From Rikenellaceae bacterium (GTDB lineage: Bacteria > Bacteroidota > Bacteroidia > Bacteroidales > Rikenellaceae): a stretch of 32,000 nt of DNA. Both the position numbers and the translations under genes were made by a program. The stretch covers positions 5,849-37,848 of the forward strand of contig JBCQVS010000020.1 in the NCBI GenBank assembly GCA_047172885.1, given 5' to 3'. The first letter of the stretch is position 1. Each line of letters starts with the position of its first letter. This document shows positions 1 through 8,901 of the stretch, piece after piece. The notes beneath the pieces were generated by a model. It saw only the letters and a list, made by a program, of their open reading frames with translations, had not been told where the DNA came from and searched no databases.

Positions 1-1
1 T

Positions 2-130
2 TTAGGTTCTAATGGTGGCTCTACCACTTATGAAATTATTGAACTCACTGACGATAGCCTAGTTCTATTCTCATCATACGTTGATGCTTATGGCACAGGT
101 TGGTTATGGTCGTATAAACCTGCTGAATAG
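2..130 (+). CDS. 3' end of a gene truncated by the window edge (last 42 aa: LGSNGGSTTYEIIELTDDSLVLFSSYVDAYGTGWLWSYKPAE*). It resembles lipocalin-like C-termini of PUL surface proteins.
   Basis: Frame 2 is open from the window edge to TAG 128-130 (own translation; too short for the ORF track). It is on the same strand as the GH3 gene, 90 bp upstream of it. The family guess is by eye only. Confidence 0.45.
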   Translation, partial: LGSNGGSTTYEIIELTDDSLVLFSSYVDAYGTGWLWSYKPAE

Positions 131-147
131 TAACAATATGTGAAAAA

Positions 148-182
148 AGAGAACTACTCCGCCAAACAAGGGGTAGTTCTCT
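148..182 (+). terminator. Hairpin after the truncated upstream gene (10-bp stem AGAGAACTAC / GTAGTTCTCT, 15-nt loop)
   Basis: Stems 148-157 and 173-182 are exact reverse complements. There is no clear T-run on the plus strand, so terminator function is uncertain. Confidence 0.35.
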
Positions 183-220
183 ATTCAAAAAAACTCTCAC
201 TTAAAATAAAACTCTTTTTT

Positions 221-2521
221 ATGAATACTAACTTAAAGAGGTTACTCACGGCCTGTGTAGTTGCAACCTCTGTCATTCAAGTAGCCGCTGGATCGGCCGA
301 TAAATACGATACGCAAATCGAGGCGCTACTCTCAAAGATGACCCTCCAAGAGAAGCTCGGACAGTTGAATCTAATTTCGAACCCCTACATCTCGACTGGA
401 GCAGGTGCCGCTGACCCTCAAGCCGATGGCCACAATGCCGATATCGACGAGCAGGTTAGAAGCGGAAATGTTGGTAACTTCCTAAATGTGCTTGGCGCTG
501 AGGAGACCTACCGACTTCAAAAGATCGCTGCCGAGGAGTCTCGCTTGGGTATTCCGCTGCTTTTTGGCTACGATGTGATCCATGGCTATAAGACAATGTT
601 CCCTATTCCACTTGCTGACGCATCGAGCTTCGACCGTGAAGCGATGGAGATGAGCGCTCATTATATGTCGAAAGAGGCGGCAGCAAATGGACTCAATTGG
701 ACTTATGCACCGATGGTCGACATCTCACGCGATGCTCGTTGGGGTCGAATTATGGAGAGCTCAGGCGAGGATGTTTACTTGGGTTGCGAGGCAGCCACGG
801 CAAGGGTCAAAGGTATTCAAGGCGATGATATGAGCGATGAATTAACCATTGCCGCTTGTGCAAAACACTTTGTCGCTTATGGTGGCGCTATCGCAGGACG
901 CGATTATGGCTCGGTGGATGTTTCGGAGCGTATGTTGCGCGAGGTTTACTTCCCTCCTTTCCAGGCGGCTGTTGATGCTGGCGTAGCTAGCTTTATGTCG
1001 TCGTTCAATACCGTGAGTGGTGAACCAGCTTCGACTTCGGAGTGGTTGATGAAGGATGTTCTTCGCGGTGAGTGGGGATTCGATGGCTTTGTGGTGTCGG
1101 ATTGGGCTTCAGTGGCTGAGACTATCTATCACGGTTCTTCGGCTGGTGAGCTAGAGGCTGCTTATGGCGGATTGAATGCTATGGTCGACATGGATATGTG
1201 TGGATATCTCTATATTAATCACACCGAGGAGCTTATCAATGCTGGACGAATTTCGATCGAGGAGATCGACGATATGGTTCGCAATGTGCTTCGAATTAAG
1301 TTCCGCTTGGGTCTTTTCGACGATCCTTACAAATATAGCAACCTGGATCGCCAGGCTCAGTTGACTCTATCGGAGGAGAATCACGCAGCTTCTCGCGAGG
1401 TAGCTCGTCGTTCGATGGTGCTACTCAAAAACGAGGCTCAGCTGCTTCCACTCTCAAAAGATGTTAAGCGCATCGCTGTAATTGGACCACTTGCAACCGA
1501 CAAAGATACCCCACTAGGTAACTGGCGCGGTCAGGCGGAAAGCCACACAGCAGTATCGCTTTTGGAGGGAATCCAAGCGGCAGTAGGCACTTCATGCGAG
1601 GTGATCTATGCGCAAGGATGCCGACTCGAGAACAACGAATCGACCAACTTCTTCACTCAACTAGACATCGAGACTTTGGATCGCTCAGGATTTGCAGAGG
1701 CGATCGAGGCAGCCAGATCGGCCGATGTGGTAATTATGGCTTTGGGCGAGACTGCCTATATGTCGGGCGAGTGCCGTAGCTACGCAGATATCTCACTTAA
1801 AGGGCTTCAAAGTGAGCTTTTGGCCGAGATCCGCAAGGTTGGAACTCCGATTGTGACAACGCTTTTCACTGGTCGTCCGTTGGTTCTTACCCACGACGTG
1901 CCTAACACCGATGCACTGCTAAATTGTTGGTTGCTAGGTTCTGAGTCGGGAAATGCTATCGCTGATGTTCTCTTTGGCGATTACAACCCATCGGGTAAGC
2001 TCCCTGCATCGTTCCCTTATCACTTGGGTCAAGTGCCGATTTATTACAGCGAGATGAGCTCAGGACGCCCTTACAACCCTGTACCAGAGTCATTTAGCAC
2101 CAAGTACCGCGATGTACCTAATACTCCACTCTTCGCCTTTGGTTATGGTCTTAGCTACACAACTTTCGACTACTCGGCTTTGGAGCTTAGCTCCGATCTA
2201 ATTGGCCTTGATGATGAGCTTACAATCAAAGTGACAGTGAAGAACAGCGGCGAGTATGATGGTCACGAGGTAGTTCAACTATACATCCACGACATTGTAG
2301 CCGACAGAGTTGCACGCCCAGTTTTGGAGCTTAAGGGCTTCGAGAAGATATTTATCAAGAGTGGTGAGAGTGCTACCGTTGAGTTTAAGATTACCCCCGA
2401 CGATTTGGCTTTCTATCGCTTAGATAAGAGCTTTGCCCCTGAGGCTGGTGAGTTTACCCTCTATGTTGGCACTTCGTCGGACAATCTACCTCTCTCTACG
2501 AAATTCACCCTTACGGAATAA
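221..2521 (+). CDS. Glycoside hydrolase family 3 beta-glucosidase (BglX-like), secreted
   Basis: The track ORF is 140..2521. GH3 motifs include KHFVAYGG, GFVVSDW (nucleophile region) and a C-terminal FGYGLSYTTF Fn3-like region. I moved the start to ATG 221 (MNTNLKRLLTACVVATSVIQVAAG, signal-peptide-like). The GTG at 140 would read through hairpin 148-182 and gives no signal peptide. Confidence 0.9.
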   Translation: MNTNLKRLLTACVVATSVIQVAAGSADKYDTQIEALLSKMTLQEKLGQLNLISNPYISTGAGAADPQADGHNADIDEQVRSGNVGNFLNVLGAEETYRLQKIAAEESRLGIPLLFGYDVIHGYKTMFPIPLADASSFDREAMEMSAHYMSKEAAANGLNWTYAPMVDISRDARWGRIMESSGEDVYLGCEAATARVKGIQGDDMSDELTIAACAKHFVAYGGAIAGRDYGSVDVSERMLREVYFPPFQAAVDAGVASFMSSFNTVSGEPASTSEWLMKDVLRGEWGFDGFVVSDWASVAETIYHGSSAGELEAAYGGLNAMVDMDMCGYLYINHTEELINAGRISIEEIDDMVRNVLRIKFRLGLFDDPYKYSNLDRQAQLTLSEENHAASREVARRSMVLLKNEAQLLPLSKDVKRIAVIGPLATDKDTPLGNWRGQAESHTAVSLLEGIQAAVGTSCEVIYAQGCRLENNESTNFFTQLDIETLDRSGFAEAIEAARSADVVIMALGETAYMSGECRSYADISLKGLQSELLAEIRKVGTPIVTTLFTGRPLVLTHDVPNTDALLNCWLLGSESGNAIADVLFGDYNPSGKLPASFPYHLGQVPIYYSEMSSGRPYNPVPESFSTKYRDVPNTPLFAFGYGLSYTTFDYSALELSSDLIGLDDELTIKVTVKNSGEYDGHEVVQLYIHDIVADRVARPVLELKGFEKIFIKSGESATVEFKITPDDLAFYRLDKSFAPEAGEFTLYVGTSSDNLPLSTKFTLTE

Positions 2522-2541
2522 TTTAGCACCCAAGAAAGGCT

Positions 2542-3618
2542 ATGAAACGACAACTATGGCAAAATATAACGCTCCTGCACCTCGCTCTCATTGGGTGCGG
2601 AGCTTGCCAAGCAAATGAGTCGAGTGACGCGCTGCCGAGTGTAGCTTCGCTCGAGGTTGAGATCAGTTGCAATCAGAGCACAAACGTTGTCACATTCGAG
2701 TGTTTGAGTGACGAGGTTACCCCACGTTGGGGCTTCCACGATGGGGATAGTTCAACCGAGACGAAAGTTGAGAAGTTCTACGCAGCAGCTGGAACATACT
2801 CAGTGGAGGTGTGGGCGATCAACAAGAATGGGCTGAGCGCAGATTCGAAAACGTATAGCTTCACACTGGAGAGTAACTACGGTGAGCAGTACCAATTAGT
2901 TTGGTCTGACGAGTTCGATGGTACCGCGCTCAACACCGATGTCTGGCACTTGGAGCAGGGATACATCGCCAACAACGAGCTGCAAGATTATCAAACTTCG
3001 GGCAACCACGAGGTGTCGGGTGGAACGCTCAAGATCATCGCTCGCAAGGTTAACGACAACAAGGAGTTTGGCAGTTACACCTCGGCTCGCATGATTAGCT
3101 ACTACGGAGGTGTGAGCTTTACGTATGGTCGCATCGAGGCTCGCATAAAAGTTCCTTCGGGGGTTGGTACATGGCCTGCGTTTTGGATGCTAGGCGACTC
3201 AATTTTGGAGGGTGGTTCATGGCCATCGTGTGGTGAGATCGACATTATGGAGCACGTAGGATATGATCCTGACAAGATTCACGCAACGATCCACTATTGG
3301 GATAATAGCTCATCTTACACATCGCAAAACAGCTCGATAAGTGTTGAGAGTGAGGAGGTTTGGTTAACCTACGGCGTTGTGTGGAGCGATTCAGCGATGA
3401 AGTTCTACATCGACGATGTGGATAATGTCTATGCCACCTACACTACCCCATCCAACAAGACAAATTGGCCATTCGATGCACCTCACTTCATTCTGCTTAA
3501 CCTAGCCATTGGTGGCGATTGGGGAGGCGTAGAGGGTGTCGACAATTCGATCTTCGATGCTACGGGCTCGGTTCAGATGGAGGTTGATTATGTGAGAGTT
3601 TACGAAAAAGCATATTAA
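2542..3618 (+). CDS. GH16 endo-beta-1,3-glucanase (laminarinase-like) lipoprotein with an N-terminal PKD-like domain
   Basis: It has a lipobox (LALIGC) and a PKD-like segment (WGFHDGDSS...GTYSVEVWAINKNG). GH16 motifs are WSDEFDG, NELQDYQ and the catalytic ExDxxE (GEIDIMEH). It starts 20 bp after the GH3 stop, so they are probably one operon. Confidence 0.9.
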   Translation: MKRQLWQNITLLHLALIGCGACQANESSDALPSVASLEVEISCNQSTNVVTFECLSDEVTPRWGFHDGDSSTETKVEKFYAAAGTYSVEVWAINKNGLSADSKTYSFTLESNYGEQYQLVWSDEFDGTALNTDVWHLEQGYIANNELQDYQTSGNHEVSGGTLKIIARKVNDNKEFGSYTSARMISYYGGVSFTYGRIEARIKVPSGVGTWPAFWMLGDSILEGGSWPSCGEIDIMEHVGYDPDKIHATIHYWDNSSSYTSQNSSISVESEEVWLTYGVVWSDSAMKFYIDDVDNVYATYTTPSNKTNWPFDAPHFILLNLAIGGDWGGVEGVDNSIFDATGSVQMEVDYVRVYEKAY

Positions 3619-3629
3619 AAAAGAACAAG

Positions 3630-5411
3630 ATGAAACGATATATAATTTCTGCGATAGCTACCCTTTTTGCCCTTGGGGCTGCTTGGGCAAATGAGCCGCT
3701 TGTTGAGAATATCACAGCTCGCGAAGTCACATGCCTCGATGGAAAGTGGCGATATATAATCGACCCGCTCGAGAATGGTTACTACGACTATCGCTTGCGC
3801 ATAAATGGTGATGGATTCTTTAGAAATCGCACCGATCAGGCGGAGAATTTGGTGGAATATGACTTCTCTCGCTCCGAGCAGATCAACGTTCCAGGAGATT
3901 GGAATTCGCAGGTCGATGAGCTCTTCGTTTACGAGGGGAATGTGTGGTACGAAAAGGATTTCACGATCACAAAAGATGACTCTAGACGTTACGTAATCTA
4001 CTTTGGCGCAATCAATTACCACTCGATCATCTATGTCAACGGAGTGCGTATTGGAGAGCACACGGGAGGTTACACCTCGTTTAACTTCGATGTCTCGGAG
4101 CAGATCAAGGATGGGGATAATCACGTGGTAGTTAAGGTCGACAATCGCCGTCACAAGGATAATGTCCCAACGGTGAATATGGATTGGTGGAACTATGGCG
4201 GAATTACGCGAAGTGTCTACATCGCTTCACTGCCCTCTGTTGGTGTTGACGACTACACAGTTGAGCTAACGCAAGAGAATAAGATTGCCTTTTCGGCTCA
4301 GCTCAATGAGCCACAAGAGGGAGTAGAGATACGTTTCGCAATCCCAGAACTTGGAATCGACGAGACAACTTCGACCGACTCGCAAGGCAAAGCAACGACC
4401 ACGGTAAAGAGCAAGAAACTAGAACTTTGGAGCCCATCATCGCCTAAACTCTACAACATTGAAATCGAGGCTTCCCTCGAGACGATCCACGACAAGATAG
4501 GTTTTAAAACCATCGAGACTCGAGGCACCGAGATTCTACTCAACGGAGAGCCAATCTTCTTGAAAGGGATCAGCATCCACGAGGAGGCACCCTACGGAGT
4601 TGGTCGAGCTTGGTCGAGTGAGCAAGCGGCAACCACTCTGGGTTGGGCCAAGGAGATGGGATGCAACTACGTCCGTTTGGCACACTACCCTCACAACGAA
4701 TTTATGGTGCGCAAAGCCGAAGAGATGGGGCTTATGGTGTGGTCGGAAATTCCAGTCTATTGGACTATCTCGTGGGAGAATGAGGCTACTTATCAAAATG
4801 CTGAGAGTCAGCTCACAGAGATGATCTCGCGGGATAAGAACCGCTGCGGCATTGTGATTTGGTCGATTGCCAACGAAACGCCTCACTCAGCTGCTAGAGA
4901 CACTTTCCTAAGTCGCTTGGCAGCTAAGGCTCGCGAGATGGACGACAGTAGATTGCTAAGTATGGCGATGGAGGTTACAAGTGCCGATGGTGTGGTCAAC
5001 ACGCTTGATGACAATATGCACGCTTATGTCGATGTGGTCAGCTTCAATCAATATGTGGGTTGGTACCGCGACACCAATGCTGCGGCACTCAATATGGTTT
5101 GGGATATCCCCTACGGCAAGCCTATCATTATCAGCGAGTTTGGCGGAGGTGCTCTGCAAGGGCTTCATGGCGACAAGAGTGAGCGTTGGAGTGAGGAGTA
5201 CCAGGAGGATCTCTACGAGTGTAACTTGGCTATGTTAGACAAGATCGAGGGGCTAGCAGGAATGTCACCATGGATCTTGGTCGATTTCCGCTCTCCACGT
5301 AGGCAGCTACCCGACATCCAAGATTTTTATAATCGCAAGGGGTTGATCTCCGAGAGAGGAGTTCGCAAGAAGGCATTCTTCACCATGCAGCGATATTACT
5401 GGGCAAAATAA
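3630..5411 (+). CDS. GH2 family glycosidase, beta-glucuronidase-like, secreted
   Basis: Signal peptide MKRYIISAIATLFALGAAWA. By eye, motifs match E. coli UidA: GNVWYEKDF, EHTGGYTSFNFDVS, WSIANE (acid/base region) and IIISEFGG (nucleophile region). It starts 11 bp after the GH16 stop. Confidence 0.8.
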   Translation: MKRYIISAIATLFALGAAWANEPLVENITAREVTCLDGKWRYIIDPLENGYYDYRLRINGDGFFRNRTDQAENLVEYDFSRSEQINVPGDWNSQVDELFVYEGNVWYEKDFTITKDDSRRYVIYFGAINYHSIIYVNGVRIGEHTGGYTSFNFDVSEQIKDGDNHVVVKVDNRRHKDNVPTVNMDWWNYGGITRSVYIASLPSVGVDDYTVELTQENKIAFSAQLNEPQEGVEIRFAIPELGIDETTSTDSQGKATTTVKSKKLELWSPSSPKLYNIEIEASLETIHDKIGFKTIETRGTEILLNGEPIFLKGISIHEEAPYGVGRAWSSEQAATTLGWAKEMGCNYVRLAHYPHNEFMVRKAEEMGLMVWSEIPVYWTISWENEATYQNAESQLTEMISRDKNRCGIVIWSIANETPHSAARDTFLSRLAAKAREMDDSRLLSMAMEVTSADGVVNTLDDNMHAYVDVVSFNQYVGWYRDTNAAALNMVWDIPYGKPIIISEFGGGALQGLHGDKSERWSEEYQEDLYECNLAMLDKIEGLAGMSPWILVDFRSPRRQLPDIQDFYNRKGLISERGVRKKAFFTMQRYYWAK

Positions 5412-5483
5412 AAAATTCATTTAGTTAGGTTACATATAACGGCTGGTTACCGTTTATGCATTAGGATTGGTTAGGTTTTTAGC

Positions 5484-5521
5484 AATTAGGGAGTTGAGCA
5501 CTACGGCACAACTCCCTAATT
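5484..5521. terminator. 13-bp perfect hairpin between the convergent GH2 and ACT genes
   Basis: AATTAGGGAGTTG (5484-5496) and CAACTCCCTAATT (5509-5521) are exact reverse complements with a 12-nt loop. The flanking T-runs are weak. Confidence 0.5.
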
Positions 5522-5543
5522 CACTTTGTGTTAGTCGGCTTCG

Positions 5544-5975
5544 CTACAAGATATTTAAGTCATCATTCGACAGGGTAACTATCCCCTGTTGCGAAGCTAT
5601 CTCAAGCGCTTTCTGCGTGTCATTCACGCGAATGATCATCACCCCTTTGTCCTTGATCGAGAAGCAGTACATATACTCTACGACCACACCTTGAGCATAT
5701 AACTTTTTCAGTTCATCGTGGAACGAACCCGCCAGGGAGTCGCATGCAAAGGCGATCACCTCGCTCTTGTGGGTGATTTTACTAGCTTGGCGCAGTAGCT
5801 CATACGCGCGGCTATTATCGCTTGTGATTAGGCGCAGGATACCAAACTCGGTGGTGTCGGCAACCGTTGCAGCAACGATACGGATATCGGCCTTGCTTAG
5901 GATATCCATTGTGTCGTGGAGGCTTCCGATCTTATTCTCCAAAAATATCGAGAGTTGTTGAAGTGTTGTTTTCAT
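5544..5975 (-). CDS. ACT-domain (small-ligand-binding) protein, typical partner of phenylacetate-CoA ligase in Bacteroidales
   Basis: The 143-aa ORF shows two ACT-like beta-alpha-beta-beta-alpha-beta patterns (LSIFLENKIGSLHDTMDILSKADIRIVA...; the second half ends ...MIIRVND). It lies directly downstream of paaK on the same strand. Confidence 0.65.
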   Translation of the reverse strand: MKTTLQQLSIFLENKIGSLHDTMDILSKADIRIVAATVADTTEFGILRLITSDNSRAYELLRQASKITHKSEVIAFACDSLAGSFHDELKKLYAQGVVVEYMYCFSIKDKGVMIIRVNDTQKALEIASQQGIVTLSNDDLNIL

Positions 5976-5978
5976 ATT

Positions 5979-6006
5979 TTTCTCTGGTTTAATTTCTCTG
6001 GTTTAA
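5979..6006. repeat. Exact 14-bp tandem duplication (TTTCTCTGGTTTAA x2) immediately upstream of the ACT start codon
   Basis: 5979-5992 equals 5993-6006. The ACT start codon (CAT on the plus strand) is at 5973-5975. Confidence 0.9.
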
Positions 6007-6166
6007 TAAGTAGGGTAAAATAATTATTGGTATGTTTTTAAGAGTGCTGTTGGAGATGAGATTTTTTGCTATTGAATCGAAAATATAGTTGTTCTATATT
6101 GAGATTTAATAGTGAAAAATATCGCTCCAAGAGTGCTATTAAAAATATGGCAATAGTTGTTTTACA

Positions 6167-7474
6167 CTACTTAGCTCTCTTGTCGACTACGCGAACCGCT
6201 TTACCCTCTGATTGTGGAAGAGTTCCGCTACCCACAAGTTTGATTTTGGGGGTCACCAAGATCTCATCACGCAGCGCTCGGGTCATTGCACGGCCTAAAT
6301 CCTGCAACTTCGAGTAATCATCCGAGAATGCTTCGTTACCCAACTCCACCTCGATTATAATTTGGTCGTTGATGCCGACAGTCTCGATTGTGATAAGGTA
6401 ATTTGTGCCAACCTCCTCGAACTGCATCAAGATCTTCTCGATCTGCATTGGGAAGATATTCACTCCCTTGACGATAAACATATCGTCGCTACGACCCTTC
6501 AGACGATCCAATCTGCGGTGAGTACGCCCACAAGGACACTCCCCCAAAAGCACTCGCGTAAGGTCACGCGTACGATACCTGATAAGTGGCATCGCCTCAC
6601 GATCCAAGGTTGTGATAACCAACTCACCCACTTCACCCTCCTCGACTGGCTCCAAGGTCTCGGGGTCGACAATTTCGAAGAGATATGAATCCTCCCAGAT
6701 ATGCAATCCATTTTGCTCTTGGCACTCGAAGGCTACTCCAGGTCCGCTCATCTCCGACATTCCGAAGCAGTTGTAGGCTTTGACTCCCAACAGCTCCTCG
6801 ATCCTTTGGCGTTGCTCCTCGGTGTGAGGTTCGGCTCCGATAATCAGGCACTTAAGGCTTGTTGAACGGGGGTCTACACCCTGCTCCTTGAACACCTCGG
6901 CTAGGCGAATGGCATAGGATGGTATGGCGTGGATGGCCGTTGTCCCAAAGTCGGTGATAAATTTGATTTGGCGAGGGCTGTTGCCAGTTGCCGCAGGGAC
7001 CATCAACGCACCCAATCGCTCGGCACCATTGTGGATTCCCAAGCCTCCAGTGAACATTCCATACCCCGAAGTGTTTTGGAATACGTCGCTGTTGCGAAGT
7101 CCCACCATATACATACACCTTGCAACGCGGTCGGCCCAGACATCCAGATCCTTTTGGGTGTGGCAGATAACCGTTGGGTTGCCCGTGGTGCCGCTAGACG
7201 AGTGTAGGCGAACAACCTGGGTTTGAGGGACTGCATTGAGCCCAAATGGATAGTTCGAACGAAGATCATCCTTGACGGTAAAGGGTAATTTCCGCACATC
7301 TTCAACCGAATTTACCGAGTCGGCCGAGATGCCTAGCTCCTCGAAACGCTTAGCGTAAAATGGTGATTTTGAAGCTTGTTGGATTGTATATTTCAATCTG
7401 ATGAGTTGCAACTCCGAGAGTTCGTCTCGGCTCATGGTCTCAATCTCAGGCTGGTAGTAATTTTGATCCATCAT
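6167..7474 (-). CDS. paaK: Phenylacetate-CoA ligase family adenylate-forming enzyme
   Basis: The 435-aa ORF has the AMP-binding motif SSSGTTGNPTV. Its length and the N-terminal YYQPEIETMSRDELSELQLIRL are typical of the PaaK family. Confidence 0.85.
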   Translation of the reverse strand: MMDQNYYQPEIETMSRDELSELQLIRLKYTIQQASKSPFYAKRFEELGISADSVNSVEDVRKLPFTVKDDLRSNYPFGLNAVPQTQVVRLHSSSGTTGNPTVICHTQKDLDVWADRVARCMYMVGLRNSDVFQNTSGYGMFTGGLGIHNGAERLGALMVPAATGNSPRQIKFITDFGTTAIHAIPSYAIRLAEVFKEQGVDPRSTSLKCLIIGAEPHTEEQRQRIEELLGVKAYNCFGMSEMSGPGVAFECQEQNGLHIWEDSYLFEIVDPETLEPVEEGEVGELVITTLDREAMPLIRYRTRDLTRVLLGECPCGRTHRRLDRLKGRSDDMFIVKGVNIFPMQIEKILMQFEEVGTNYLITIETVGINDQIIIEVELGNEAFSDDYSKLQDLGRAMTRALRDEILVTPKIKLVGSGTLPQSEGKAVRVVDKRAK

Positions 7475-7500
7475 TTAAATTGTAATTGATTTGGTTTTTA

Positions 7501-7532
7501 CAAAGGTAATATTTTTGCGCAATAACTCCAAA
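7501..7532 (-). promoter_or_regulatory. Bacteroides-type promoter for paaK: -33 TTTG, 20-nt spacer, -7 TACCTTTG
   Basis: On the minus strand, TTTG is at 7532-7529 and TACCTTTG at 7508-7501. The -7 box ends 26 nt upstream of the start codon (7474). Confidence 0.55.
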
Positions 7533-7580
7533 GATGCAATTATTTTTTTCAGCATTAGGGAGATGATAGGAAAAAATCAC

Positions 7581-7588
7581 TACTTTTG
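7581..7588 (+). promoter_or_regulatory. -7 box TACTTTTG upstream of the permease gene
   Basis: It matches TAnnTTTG and ends 23 nt before ATG 7612. No clean -33 TTTG was found. Confidence 0.4.
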
Positions 7589-7611
7589 CTGTTGAATAAA
7601 TCCGAAAAACT

Positions 7612-8901
7612 ATGGAATATCTATCCGAACTTCTCAATATGCTCAACGCAATGTCGCCATACTTGTTATTGGGTTTCTTTGTCGCGGGGCTTCTTCATGT
7701 CTACGTCCCTAAGAGTACATTTAGCCGCTATCTCTCAGGCAAGGGGTTCCGACCTGTTTTCTTGGCTACTCTCTTTGGAGTGCCGCTTCCGCTCTGTTCG
7801 TGTGGGGTGATTCCTACGGCTATGTCGCTCAAAAAGGAGGGGGCTTCTGCGGGTGCAACGGTGGCGTTTTTGATCGCTACGCCTCAGACTGGCGTGGATT
7901 CCATATTGGCTACTTATGGGCTCTTGGGGCTTCCATTCGCTATTCTTCGCCCTATTGTGGCGCTTATCGTTGGACTCTTTGGAGGGGTGCTAACCGATCA
8001 GTTTTCGGGAGAGGAGCAGAGCTCTAAGGGCAAGAGTTCTAGCTCGACAGCCTCAAGCAAAAAGCTCACATTTGTCGATGCTCTAAAGTACGGTTTCGTC
8101 GATATGTTGCAGGACTTGGGCAAGTGGCTCTCGATCGGTCTGTTGATCGCTGCAGCCATTACGCTCTTTGTTCCGACCTCTGTGTTTGAGCTCTTCGACG
8201 ACAACTACCTGCTTAATATTTTGGTGGTTTTGCTGCTCTCGATACCTATGTATATATGCTCTACGGGGTCGCTTCCCATCGCTGTGTCGCTGATGATGAA
8301 GGGGATTTCGCCTGGTGCAGCATTGATATTTTTGATGGCTGGACCCGCCACAAATGTTGCTACTTTGGCCGTTGTGAGAAAGGTGCTCGGCACTCGAACC
8401 ACGATTCTCTACCTTGCGAGCATTATCCTTGGCGCTATCGGCTTTGCGCTGCTCATCGACTTTGTGCTACCCTCTGAGTGGTTTGCCGCTAAGGTGGTTG
8501 CTGTTAGCCAATGCGGGGAGTGTAGCGACGGTGTGGCTTGGTGGCATACCGCTTGCTCGGTGATTTTCTTGGCGCTTTTGATCAACGCTTACATCCTTAA
8601 ATTTATTCACGGAGGTCATAGCCACAATGCTGATACCCAGGACGATAAGCCAAGCGAACCGCAAGCGACAAAGCTGCAAAAGTTCAAGGTAGACGGCATG
8701 CGCTGCAACCACTGCAAGGCCAATGTCGAAAAGGCAATCGGCACCATCGAGGGGGTCACTTCGGCTTCAGCAGAGCTCTCATCGGGCATTGTCGAGGTCG
8801 TTGGAGAGGCTTCGCAAGAGGAGGTATGTCAGGCGGTTAAAGCGCTCGGCTTCGAGATCAAACCACTCAAGGATCTCTACTCTAGCTTCACAACTATCTG
8901 A
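7612..8901 (+). CDS. Multi-pass permease (ArsP/DUF318-like, SO_0444-type putative Cu/Zn transporter) fused to a C-terminal heavy-metal-associated (HMA) domain
   Basis: It has hydrophobic helices with a PLCSCG motif, then a Cys/His-rich linker (QCGECSDG, HGGHSHN). The C-terminal ferredoxin-like HMA region carries a CxxC motif (GMRCNHCKANVEKAI). Confidence 0.75.
   Translation: MEYLSELLNMLNAMSPYLLLGFFVAGLLHVYVPKSTFSRYLSGKGFRPVFLATLFGVPLPLCSCGVIPTAMSLKKEGASAGATVAFLIATPQTGVDSILATYGLLGLPFAILRPIVALIVGLFGGVLTDQFSGEEQSSKGKSSSSTASSKKLTFVDALKYGFVDMLQDLGKWLSIGLLIAAAITLFVPTSVFELFDDNYLLNILVVLLLSIPMYICSTGSLPIAVSLMMKGISPGAALIFLMAGPATNVATLAVVRKVLGTRTTILYLASIILGAIGFALLIDFVLPSEWFAAKVVAVSQCGECSDGVAWWHTACSVIFLALLINAYILKFIHGGHSHNADTQDDKPSEPQATKLQKFKVDGMRCNHCKANVEKAIGTIEGVTSASAELSSGIVEVVGEASQEEVCQAVKALGFEIKPLKDLYSSFTTI

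Noticed and set aside
140-220. The track's GTG start at 140 for the first GH3 ORF
   Set aside because: The 27-aa extension (MKKENYSAKQGVVLYSKKLSLKIKLFF) would be translated through hairpin 148-182. It would also bury the obvious signal peptide that begins at ATG 221.
3615-4154. A 179-aa minus-strand ORF antisense to the GUS-like GH2. Similar long antisense ORFs are at 10554-11003, 11810-12262, 12503-12991, 26533-27006 and 30015-30404.
   Set aside because: All lie wholly inside strongly supported genes on the opposite strand. Their composition is odd (Arg/Ser/Leu/His-rich), with no recognisable motifs or promoter and signal features. They are typical shadow ORFs of GC3-biased genes.
5467-5694. 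A 75-aa plus-strand ORF in the GH2/ACT convergent gap
   Set aside because: It runs through the 13-bp terminator hairpin (5484-5521) and is antisense to the ACT gene 3' end. It has no promoter or RBS-like context.
6066-6317. An 83-aa plus-strand ORF starting in the paaK-ACT spacer
   Set aside because: It starts at a non-ATG codon in AT-rich spacer DNA. Most of it is antisense to the paaK 3' end, and it has no recognisable domain.
8877-8901. The 25-bp 3'-3' overlap of the convergent permease-HMA and GH78 genes, considered as a possible antisense regulatory arrangement
   Set aside because: Short convergent overlaps are common in compact bacterial genomes. The overlap covers only a poorly conserved-looking C-terminal tail (…KDLYSSFTTI) after the HMA domain. 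There is no additional structure to support a special mechanism.
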